Notes under the pieces: model-generated
Databases searched by the model: none
What the model saw: the letters and a program-made list of their open reading frames with translations, nothing else
What the model was told of the DNA's origin: nothing
Shown: one piece after another, positions 56,450 to 64,000 of the stretch
How positions within the stretch are numbered: the stretch's first letter is position 1
How the letters are laid out: every line of letters starts with the position of its first letter
Source of the DNA: Parcubacteria group bacterium LiPW_15
GTDB taxonomy: Bacteria > Patescibacteriota > Minisyncoccia > UBA6257 > 2-01-FULL-56-20
Direction: 5' to 3'
Length of the DNA: 64,000 nt
Assembly: GCA_007375645.1 (NCBI GenBank)
Contig: VMER01000001.1
Span: 134,256 to 198,255, forward strand
Made by a program: the position numbers and the translations under genes

Positions 56450-57478
56450 GTGTTAATAGATGATGTCACAATAAAAATTCAAGCTGGAAACGGAGGCGAC
56501 GGCAAAGTCGCTTTTCAACGCATTAAAATGAGCCTGGGGCCGACCGGAGGCACGGGAGGCGCCGGAGGCAGTATTTATTTTGAAGGAGTTTCCGATCTCT
56601 CCGCTTTGCGGCAGTTTCGTTTTAAAAAAGATGTGCGCGCGGAAAACGGCGGAATCGGCCGTCCCCAGTTCGTGGACGGAAAAACTCCCGACGATATCGT
56701 CTTAAAAGTTCCCGTAGGCACGGTCATCCATAATCTGGACGCCGGAACGGACACGGAAATTGTTAAGATCGGTGAACGCGTTTTGATAGCGAAAGGCGGC
56801 CGGGGCGGACGGGGCAATTTTCATTTTCGCGGACCGAAAAATACTTCGCCCAAAGAATTTGAGAAAGGAAAGCCCGGAGAGAAATTTAATGTCCGCCTGG
56901 AACTGAAGCTCATTGCCGATGTCGGCTTCATCGGATTGCCCAATGCCGGCAAATCCAGCCTTTTAAACGAACTGACCCGCGCGAACGCCAAAGTTGCCAA
57001 TTATCCGTTTACCACGCTCGAACCGAACCTCGGCGCTTATTACGATCTTATTCTCGCCGACATCCCGGGACTTATCGAAGGCGCGTCCGTCGGCAAAGGT
57101 TTGGGCATAAAGTTCTTGCGCCACGTGGAACGCACCAAGGTTCTCTTTCATTTGATATCCGCGGAATCCTCTACCCCGTATGAAGATTACAAAACCATCC
57201 GCGAAGAACTCGGTACCTACAACAAAACGCTTTTGGAAAAAACAGAATACATGTTTTTGAGCAAGAACGATCTCTTGAGCGAAAAAGAGCTCAAAGAAAA
57301 GTTGAAAGAACTCAAAAAGATAAAAAAAGAAATTATTCCCATCTCTATCGCCGATGACGAAAGCTTGAAGAAAGTTAAAGCCATCTTGAACGAGATAGCC
57401 GACGAAAAGAGAGCAAAAGGAAAAAAGGAGTTGGAGATATTGGAAGAGGCAAGAAAACAGAAGGAAGAATCCGAATAA
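56450..57478 (+). CDS. obg: GTPase Obg
   Basis: Obg-fold N-terminal domain (IQAGNGGDGKVAFQR) and G domain with G1-G4 motifs. Confidence 0.9.
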   Translation: MLIDDVTIKIQAGNGGDGKVAFQRIKMSLGPTGGTGGAGGSIYFEGVSDLSALRQFRFKKDVRAENGGIGRPQFVDGKTPDDIVLKVPVGTVIHNLDAGTDTEIVKIGERVLIAKGGRGGRGNFHFRGPKNTSPKEFEKGKPGEKFNVRLELKLIADVGFIGLPNAGKSSLLNELTRANAKVANYPFTTLEPNLGAYYDLILADIPGLIEGASVGKGLGIKFLRHVERTKVLFHLISAESSTPYEDYKTIREELGTYNKTLLEKTEYMFLSKNDLLSEKELKEKLKELKKIKKEIIPISIADDESLKKVKAILNEIADEKRAKGKKELEILEEARKQKEESE

Positions 57479-57518
57479 GCTCCTCCGTTGGTCCTTTTTA
57501 TAGGACCAGCAATAGAGT

Positions 57519-57547
57519 TGACATACGGACGTATTTTCGGCATAATT
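57519..57547 (+). promoter_or_regulatory. Consensus sigma70 promoter TTGACA-17-CATAAT for cassette 6
   Basis: Read from the sequence. An about 80-nt leader follows, then an AGGAGG Shine-Dalgarno. Confidence 0.55.
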
Positions 57548-57631
57548 TCGGCAGAATTCACGTCTTGAAAATCGATTACCCATTCTTCTTCGTGCGAAGA
57601 GAAGCTCAGTGAAGGAAGTCAGGAGGTCAAC

Positions 57632-58012
57632 ATGGCAACCGAGAAACGCTTCGTAGTCCTCGTGGAAGCCTGCAACGGAAGCAGCGGCCTCACGTGGTCA
57701 ACCGTCGTCCTCGACACGAGCGACGGCGCCCGGGCGATTCGCACCGCCAGAGAGGTCGAGAAGCTCGGCTACAAGATCGACTGGGAAAACGAAGATCAGG
57801 TGAAAGTTCTGCGTCTGGAACCCGAGAAGATCTACCCTGAGCGAGTTTTCGAGTGCGCGGACGACTCATTCGATCGGAGCCCCGTCGTCTACAAAAGGTG
57901 CAGGGACGCTTCCGCGGGTGTTCTGGTCGAGTACTTCTTCGACCCCAAACTTGCCTATGAGTTTGGGATGAGCATGGCCACGAGATTCCCGTCAGAGCCA
58001 ATCGAGGGATGA
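57632..58012 (+). CDS. Hypothetical cytoplasmic protein (GC-rich cassette 6, gene 1)
   Basis: 126 aa with GC-rich codons and an AGGAGG Shine-Dalgarno. Confidence 0.5.
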   Translation: MATEKRFVVLVEACNGSSGLTWSTVVLDTSDGARAIRTAREVEKLGYKIDWENEDQVKVLRLEPEKIYPERVFECADDSFDRSPVVYKRCRDASAGVLVEYFFDPKLAYEFGMSMATRFPSEPIEG

Positions 58013-58033
58013 ACTCGAAAAAGGAGAAGAGAA

Positions 58034-58561
58034 GTGAAGAAGTCTTCCCTCATTCCGATTCTGAGCGTCATCGCGCTCACCATCCTTCTTCTGCCCCCTC
58101 CGAAAGGACCGAGCGCCGACCCGAGGAATGCTCCCGTGACCACGAGCCCTGACAAACTCGCCGTTGCCATCGGCGGCGGTCAACGAGACCCGATGAATCT
58201 CTTCCCGCCGGACAATCACAAGGCGAAGACGGCGGTCATCGCGCCGCAGTTCGAGGAGAACACCTCTGCTCGCCCGGCTGATTTCTTCCTCATCGATTCG
58301 GACGGGAGCACAAGCACCGTTCACCTTCCGGACGGTTGGGAGATCATGAGCGTCCAGCGGCATGGTCTTCCATTGAATCTTCACGTTGGCTTCGGCGACG
58401 ACGCTTACCACCTCGCTGTCGAGCTAAACGAAGCCAGCGAGCGTCTCGCACATACCTACACGGTAACGTGTAGGGTCAGTGCCACATTCAAAACGGCTGC
58501 GAGATTCGAGGTGAGAACCTTGACCATCCCGGGCGAGAAAATCACGTTCGACTCGCCGTAG
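58034..58561 (+). CDS. Hypothetical secreted protein (GC-rich cassette 6, gene 2)
   Basis: 175 aa with an N-terminal signal peptide and an AAGGAG Shine-Dalgarno. Confidence 0.5.
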   Translation: MKKSSLIPILSVIALTILLLPPPKGPSADPRNAPVTTSPDKLAVAIGGGQRDPMNLFPPDNHKAKTAVIAPQFEENTSARPADFFLIDSDGSTSTVHLPDGWEIMSVQRHGLPLNLHVGFGDDAYHLAVELNEASERLAHTYTVTCRVSATFKTAARFEVRTLTIPGEKITFDSP

Positions 58562-58565
58562 CCCT

Positions 58566-58596
58566 TCGCCCCGCCCGCGCATCCGCGTCGGACGGG
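58566..58596 (+). terminator. Rho-independent terminator
   Basis: GC-rich hairpin GCCCCGCCCGCGC...GGACGGGGC followed by TTTTTT. Confidence 0.65.
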
Positions 58597-58602
58597 GCTT
58601 TT

Positions 58603-59352
58603 TTATATTCCTAAATTCTTTAAAAAAGTATCAAGTTCTTTGCCTTCCAGTTTCCTAAATTTTCCCGCGGGAAGGTATCCGAGTTTTATATTCATAATCC
58701 GCATCCGTTTAAGCGAGACCACTTCATAACCCAAAGCGGTACACATTCTTCTTATCTGATGCTTTTTGCCTTCGGTCAAGATCAGACGGAAAGTCCTCTC
58801 CCCTTCTTTAATAAGAATCGCGGGCTTGGTTTTGTAGCCTTCAATAAATAATCCTTTCTGTATGCGACGCACAAAATCTCCGTTCAAAGATTTATTTACC
58901 TTAACCAGATATTCTTTTTCATGGCCGTATTCTGGATTCAAAAGCCGGTCGGTTATCCGGCCGTCGTTGGTCAAAATTATGAGGCCCTCGGAGTTCTTGT
59001 CCAAACGGCCAAGCGGAAATAACTTTTCCTGTGGTGAACCGGGTCGAACCACCTTGAACTTCGACTGGATCTCGTCGGCAATAGAACGTTCCCCCTTCTG
59101 CGGAGTGTGAGTCACAATTTCTTTTGGCTTATTGTAAGCGATATAAATGAGTTCCTTGGCCGGTCTCGCTACGGCAGTTACGTCGTCTCCCGCATGCACC
59201 TGATCGCCAAGGCGGGCACGCCTCCCGTTTATTTTTACCTTGCCGGCACGAATCAGCTCGTCGGCCTCCCGGCGCGCGGCGATTCCCTTAAGAGCCAGAA
59301 ATCTGTTTATGCGAACAGGATAATCAATTCTATCCGACTCGGAATTAGCCAT
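58603..59352 (-). CDS. RsuA/RluB-family rRNA pseudouridine synthase
   Basis: N-terminal S4 domain and the catalytic GRLDKNSEGLIILTNDG motif. Confidence 0.85.
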   Translation of the reverse strand: MANSESDRIDYPVRINRFLALKGIAARREADELIRAGKVKINGRRARLGDQVHAGDDVTAVARPAKELIYIAYNKPKEIVTHTPQKGERSIADEIQSKFKVVRPGSPQEKLFPLGRLDKNSEGLIILTNDGRITDRLLNPEYGHEKEYLVKVNKSLNGDFVRRIQKGLFIEGYKTKPAILIKEGERTFRLILTEGKKHQIRRMCTALGYEVVSLKRMRIMNIKLGYLPAGKFRKLEGKELDTFLKNLGI

Positions 59353-60085
59353 TATAATCGGACACAGTCACGCTCTCCATTTTGACCGGGCTTAACGGCC
59401 TGTCGCCCGCGCCAGTCGTGGCAGAGCCGATAGCATCCACAACTTCCTGTCCTTTTACAACTTTACCGAAAATCGTGTAATCGTGCTGAAGCGGATTATC
59501 CGCGAGCATGATGAAGAATTGGCTGCCGTTGGTGTTCGGTCCGGCATTAGCCATCGCCACAACACCTTTTTTGTAGCCCGCCTGATAAGACAAAGTAGCC
59601 GGGTTCAATTCGTCATCAAATTTGTAGCCAGGTCCGCCAGTGCCGGTGCCGGTCGGGTCCCCTCCCTGGATCATAAAACCCGAAATGACGCGGTGGAAGA
59701 TAACCCCGTTATAAAAACTTTGATTCGCAAGCTTAATAAAATTCTCAACGGTCTTCGGTGCGTCTTCGTCGTAAGTGGCGATTTGAATTTCGCCGACATT
59801 GGTCTTAATAGTTACTAAATGTTTCATTATTGGTTGATTATTGGTTTGATCTTGGGTTTGTTCCGTGTTTTCGGTTTGAGGAGGATTCCATCCCCCGACA
59901 AAGATGGAGCTGACGACCATGGAGATAAACACCAGAACGACTATCGCAGTGCCGATATGCTTTGTTTTCATAAAAGATATAATAACAGCATAAACCAGAT
60001 TTGAGAATAAGGCATATGGAACGCGAGCTATATCCTGTAAGATTCTCATAACCCCTCCGTCAATATATATGAAGGGATACTCCAA
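59345..60085 (-). CDS. Cyclophilin-type peptidyl-prolyl cis-trans isomerase with N-terminal TM anchor
   Basis: FHRVISGFMIQGGDP signature. Confidence 0.85.
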   Translation of the reverse strand: MEYPFIYIDGGVMRILQDIARVPYALFSNLVYAVIISFMKTKHIGTAIVVLVFISMVVSSIFVGGWNPPQTENTEQTQDQTNNQPIMKHLVTIKTNVGEIQIATYDEDAPKTVENFIKLANQSFYNGVIFHRVISGFMIQGGDPTGTGTGGPGYKFDDELNPATLSYQAGYKKGVVAMANAGPNTNGSQFFIMLADNPLQHDYTIFGKVVKGQEVVDAIGSATTGAGDRPLSPVKMESVTVSDYNG

Positions 60086-60599
60086 TATGGACGCGAATAA
60101 CGCCCAAAAAAACTTTTTGAAAGGCTACGACGACTATTCGGCGGATCTTTTACGCCATGCCGTTATTAAGACCAGCAATGAGGAATTGGCGAAGGACCTG
60201 GTTTCGGAAACGTTCCTGAAGACCTGGGAATTCGTCCAAAAAGAGAAGGTTAAAAATATGAGGGCTCTGCTTTATAAAATATTAAATAATCTCATAATCG
60301 ATCACTACCGCGCCAAAAAACCGTTTATCTCGCTCGAAGACATGCCGGAATCGGAGGAACCGGCGGACAGAACCGATCTTCAGGCGGGACTCGAAGTGAA
60401 GCTGGCCGCAGAAACCGCGAGGGGGTATCTCGCGCTCCTTCCGGCAGATTACCGGGAAATATTCAACTACAGGTTCATAGACGGGCTTTCGACCGGCGAG
60501 ATAAAGAAGCTTACCGGTAAGACTTTGACCAACATTTACGTCATCATCCACAGAGGGACAAAAATCCTCAAAGAAAAGCTGCAACACCATGAAATCTAA
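60069..60599 (+). CDS. ECF-type RNA polymerase sigma factor
   Basis: Sigma-70 region 2 and region 4. Confidence 0.75.
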   Translation: MKGYSNMDANNAQKNFLKGYDDYSADLLRHAVIKTSNEELAKDLVSETFLKTWEFVQKEKVKNMRALLYKILNNLIIDHYRAKKPFISLEDMPESEEPADRTDLQAGLEVKLAAETARGYLALLPADYREIFNYRFIDGLSTGEIKKLTGKTLTNIYVIIHRGTKILKEKLQHHEI

Positions 60600-61548
60600 G
60601 GAGGTTAAAAAAATATTTTCCGAATTCAAAAATATCCCCGTGGATCGGGAGTTTTTGCACGAGCTTAGAGGAAAACTGGAGATTCAAACCGCGTTTGATG
60701 TCCGGGAGGCCGGCAAACTGCCTGGTTTTAGTTTTAAACGCATCGCCTCCGCCGTTACCCTCGCCTCGTTGCTTTTGGGCAGCACCGGCACGGTTTTTGC
60801 CTCCCAAGCCAGTCTCCCCGGAGAAACTCTGTATCCGGTTAAAAAACTGGTGGAAAATGTCCGCCTTGCCGCCGCTATAGACCAAAAAACCAAAGCGGAT
60901 ATCCGACTCGGCATCGCCGAAGAGAGACTTACGGAGATCAATGCCCTTCTTGCCGAAAAGCAAGTCCAAAATTCTTCTTCCTCATCCGCCCTCGAAAATA
61001 ATATCGAAGAAGCCGCAAAAGATTTTGACTCCCAACTCAAAGAGATTTCCCGAAATGCCGAAGAGCTTGAGCGCGCCGGAAAGATCGAGAAAGCTTTGCG
61101 AATAAATACCGATCTTTATTTTTTCGGAAAAAATTATAAAAAGCTGATCGAAAAGAACAAAGAAGATTCTTCGAAGCCGATCAAAGTTCGCTTGGAAGGT
61201 TCTTCCCGGGAAAACGACAGAGCCACCGAAAATGCGAAGGAACGCATGGAGCATCTCAAAAAAGATAACGACAAAAAAAGCGACTCCGAAGACGGCGAAG
61301 GCACTTCTTCAACTTCCGTTCAAATCTCAGGCCAAGCTACCATATCCAACAGTTATAATATAAGGGACGAAAAGAAGGCGCCGGATCCATTTATCTGGGT
61401 CCCGCCCAAAAATGACTCCCAAGGAAAGGTCGATTCGAATCCGGAAAACCGAATTTCCGAAAACGAAGAGGAAAATCCGGAAAACCGGAGAGAGCCAGAA
61501 AAACAACCAAGAGAAACTAATTCGTTCCAAATTAAAATAAACCTATGA
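60589..61548 (+). CDS. Putative anti-sigma factor / membrane-anchored coiled-coil protein
   Basis: Overlaps the ECF sigma gene stop. One TM helix followed by a coiled-coil. Confidence 0.4.
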   Translation: MKSKEVKKIFSEFKNIPVDREFLHELRGKLEIQTAFDVREAGKLPGFSFKRIASAVTLASLLLGSTGTVFASQASLPGETLYPVKKLVENVRLAAAIDQKTKADIRLGIAEERLTEINALLAEKQVQNSSSSSALENNIEEAAKDFDSQLKEISRNAEELERAGKIEKALRINTDLYFFGKNYKKLIEKNKEDSSKPIKVRLEGSSRENDRATENAKERMEHLKKDNDKKSDSEDGEGTSSTSVQISGQATISNSYNIRDEKKAPDPFIWVPPKNDSQGKVDSNPENRISENEEENPENRREPEKQPRETNSFQIKINL

Positions 61549-62417
61549 CAAAAAAACTCAAATACGCATCCGTGATCTTTGCCATTCTTACCATTTCCCT
61601 CGGCGCGATGAACGCCAAAGCGGACAACGATGACAACGGAAAAGACGACAATGGGAAAAAGAATTTCCCGGCCGGCATAACCAAACAGATACAGGCCTTT
61701 GACATCAACAAACTGCTTTCGAACGTTAAAATCTCCGATGATGATCTGAAAAGCAAACCTGCTTCTTTGACCATCAATCCGAACGGAGAATTCAAGCTCA
61801 ATGGCGGTGTTGTTGTGACCATTCCGGCTGCAGGCAACCCTTCGTTTACCGTAAAATCCTGGGGAATCACTTTTGCGGTGAATTATTCCACCCTAACCAA
61901 TCTTCGGACGCAAAACGGAGCGATGCTTATCACCGAATTGCATGTTGGCGACATTGTGAATATCCAGGGCAAGATCGACGCTAATGGAGTTGTTCTCGCC
62001 ACGCGCGTGGAAAATCTCTCGATTGCTTCCAGCGAGCAAAATGTCCAGCTGCGCAATCAGATAAATGCGCTCATCGAAAGGCTTAACCTCCTTCTCGGCA
62101 AAGCCGGTTTGCCGCCGATCGCAACTCCGACCGCCACCCAAGCGATGGTTGTCCCGACCCTGGCTTCTGTCTCCCCCGCCTCTACCACGTTCGGTAGCGC
62201 CGGCTTTACCCTGACTCTCACCGGTACAAACTTCACCAGCGCTTCTATTGCCAAATGGGCGGGCACCGCGCTTACGACAACGTTTGTATCCCAGACCCAA
62301 TTGAATGCCGCAGTTCCGGCCGCAAATGTTGCGACGACCACGAATGTGCTCATCACCGTGTTTAATCCGGGTACTTACGGAGGAACCTCGAACGCCCTAC
62401 CGTTCTCCGTTCAATAA
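61545..62417 (+). CDS. Secreted protein with C-terminal IPT/TIG-like domain
   Basis: Signal peptide, a coiled segment and a C-terminal beta-sandwich-like domain (PASTTFGSAGFTLTLTGTNF). Confidence 0.45.
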   Translation: MTKKLKYASVIFAILTISLGAMNAKADNDDNGKDDNGKKNFPAGITKQIQAFDINKLLSNVKISDDDLKSKPASLTINPNGEFKLNGGVVVTIPAAGNPSFTVKSWGITFAVNYSTLTNLRTQNGAMLITELHVGDIVNIQGKIDANGVVLATRVENLSIASSEQNVQLRNQINALIERLNLLLGKAGLPPIATPTATQAMVVPTLASVSPASTTFGSAGFTLTLTGTNFTSASIAKWAGTALTTTFVSQTQLNAAVPAANVATTTNVLITVFNPGTYGGTSNALPFSVQ

Positions 62418-62515
62418 AAATCTCTTGTTTTTCCCCACCCTAAACGCATTAGCGTCGGGTGGGTTTTTTGTTTGCAGGGTTTTCATTTGCGCAAAAAACT
62501 CTTATGCTTGTATCT

Positions 62516-63637
62516 ATGAAACGACTATTCGTGGATTTTTGCGGCGTTGTTTACCGGGCATTGCGTCCCGTTCTTTTTCTCACGAACTCCGAGACAATCC
62601 ATGAATTTTTGGTGAACTTTGGCGGGGTTTTGGGCGCCATCCCGCCGGTCAGATGTATCTTCTATTCTTTATGGGTAAAAGAGAGCCAGACGCTTGCTCA
62701 AAACATCCTGGGGATTGAGTTTAGGAACCCAATCGGACTTGCCACGGGCTTCGATTATAAGGCCAAATTAACCCGAATTTTGCCATTTATTGGCTTCGGA
62801 TTCGGAACTGTGGGGACTATCACCAATAACCCTTATGAGGGCAATCCCCGTCCGATGCTCGGCCGTTTAGTTAAATCCCGCGCACTCCTCGTAAACAAAG
62901 GTTTTAAAAATGACGGTATTGACGCAGTAGTCAAAAAATTCAAAAACACGGAAACTTTTTATCCCGTCGGACTTTCCATCGGTAAAACCAATTCCAAAGA
63001 AACCGCGACCCAGGAAGCAGCCATCGCCGACATTATCGCCGCTTTTAAAAAAGCGGAGGCCGCAGATCTTCCTTTTGCCTACTACGAACTGAATATCAGC
63101 TGTCCGAATCTTTTTGGAAACGTAAGTTTTTATCCACCGGGAAATCTAGAGGCGCTTCTTTTGGCAGTTGCGGACCTTAATCTTAAAAAACCACTGTTCA
63201 TAAAAATGCCGATCACCGAATCCGACGAAGATGTGATGAAAATGTTTGAGGTCATTCACTCCTTCAGGGTGGATGGCGTAATATTCGGGAATCTCCAAAA
63301 AGACCGATCACACCCGGATCTGCTGCCGGAAGAAGTGGCGCTTCACGGCAAAGGAAACTTCAGCGGCAAGCCGACCGAAAAACGTTCCAACGAGTTGATA
63401 AAATTGGCTTATAAAACTTTCGGTAAAAAATTGATTATCATCGGTTGTGGAGGGGTTTTCTCCGCCGAAGATGCTTATACAAAAATCAAAAATGGAGCCT
63501 CTCTGGTCCAGCTCATAACAGGTTTGATATTCATGGGTCCTCAGCTTGCCGCGCAGATAAACCTGCAACTCCCAAGACTTCTTAAAAAAGACGGATTTAA
63601 AAATATAAGCGAAGCGATAGGCGCGGGAGTGAAATAA
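62516..63637 (+). CDS. pyrD: Dihydroorotate dehydrogenase (quinone-type, class 2)
   Basis: FMN-binding motifs and ELNISCPN. Start chosen at MKRLF; the ORF opens at 62459. Confidence 0.85.
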   Translation: MKRLFVDFCGVVYRALRPVLFLTNSETIHEFLVNFGGVLGAIPPVRCIFYSLWVKESQTLAQNILGIEFRNPIGLATGFDYKAKLTRILPFIGFGFGTVGTITNNPYEGNPRPMLGRLVKSRALLVNKGFKNDGIDAVVKKFKNTETFYPVGLSIGKTNSKETATQEAAIADIIAAFKKAEAADLPFAYYELNISCPNLFGNVSFYPPGNLEALLLAVADLNLKKPLFIKMPITESDEDVMKMFEVIHSFRVDGVIFGNLQKDRSHPDLLPEEVALHGKGNFSGKPTEKRSNELIKLAYKTFGKKLIIIGCGGVFSAEDAYTKIKNGASLVQLITGLIFMGPQLAAQINLQLPRLLKKDGFKNISEAIGAGVK

Positions 63638-63693
63638 AAAAGAACCCGCCCCGCCGCAGCCGAGGCTGCGCGCGAAAACGGGTTCGAGAGGGG

Positions 63694-63882
63694 TCAGGCG
63701 AGAAGCTTCGGAAAGGCGTTGCAGATGTGACTCCACAGAGCCCTGAATCGGATCTCCCGTTCATAGCAGGCCTGTGTTTCGGTCTGTTCCCGACAGAGAT
63801 CGCACTTCCCCGACTCGTGACGACCGTTGATGTAGTCGTGGCCAGAGAGTACGAACTTCTCGGGCTTGTCGTCTCGCTTCAT
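63694..63882 (-). CDS. Hypothetical small Cys-containing protein (GC-rich cassette 7)
   Basis: 62 aa with a TAGGAGG Shine-Dalgarno. A TTGACT-17-TAATAT promoter lies upstream. Confidence 0.45.
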   Translation of the reverse strand: MKRDDKPEKFVLSGHDYINGRHESGKCDLCREQTETQACYEREIRFRALWSHICNAFPKLLA

Positions 63883-63903
63883 ACCGTCCTCCTACCGCCA
63901 GAG

Positions 63904-63932
63904 ATATTACCACAATATTTTGGAAAAGTCAA
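63904..63932 (-). promoter_or_regulatory. Consensus sigma70 promoter TTGACT-17-TAATAT for cassette 7
   Basis: Read from the minus strand. A hairpin ACACCC-TTTC-GGGTGT lies just beyond it at 63950-63965. Confidence 0.5.
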
Positions 63933-64000
63933 TCAATGCTTCAAACAAAAAACACCCTTTCGGGTGTTTTTTGTTTAGGCTACTTGATTGTGTAAGCGGC

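Overview
This 64-kb window is a gene-dense segment of a low-GC bacterial chromosome (by eye roughly low-to-mid 40s percent G+C), with genes on both strands and frequent short overlaps. Small proteins, surface proteins and cohesin/dockerin content fit an uncultivated lineage, possibly Patescibacteria-like; that is a guess only. Recognisable core genes: a 5'-truncated amidohydrolase, ftsW-murG, gltX, an M23 peptidase, murC, rpmA, rplI, ctpA, def-fmt, Fe/Mn SOD, a GH18 hydrolase, hemerythrin, ABC-F, GrpB, greA, a DEAD-box helicase, a MacAB/HlyD-type efflux set behind an ECF sigma/anti-sigma pair, nadK, thioredoxin, rhodanese, obg, an RsuA/RluB pseudouridine synthase, cyclophilin, a second ECF sigma module and pyrD. 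There are two tRNAs, Gln-UUG on the plus strand and His-GUG on the minus strand. Three kinds of accessory content stand out. First, a ~4.6-kb island between the inward-facing 3' ends of the two tRNAs holds three tandem paralogous coiled-coil genes, a gene with a HEPN-like Rx6H motif, and a perfect 91-bp direct-repeat pair in a 730-bp non-coding stretch. Second, an ~8-kb minus-strand surface locus encodes a ~1360-aa fibre-like repeat protein, a dockerin protein and two cohesin proteins. Third, at least seven compact, compositionally foreign (clearly GC-richer) cassettes sit in intergenic gaps. Each has a near-consensus sigma70 promoter, a strong Shine-Dalgarno, a small ORF of unknown function and a GC-rich hairpin terminator. 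No rRNA, CRISPR array, integrase or transposase was recognised. All coordinates of small elements are hand-counted and may be off by a few bases.
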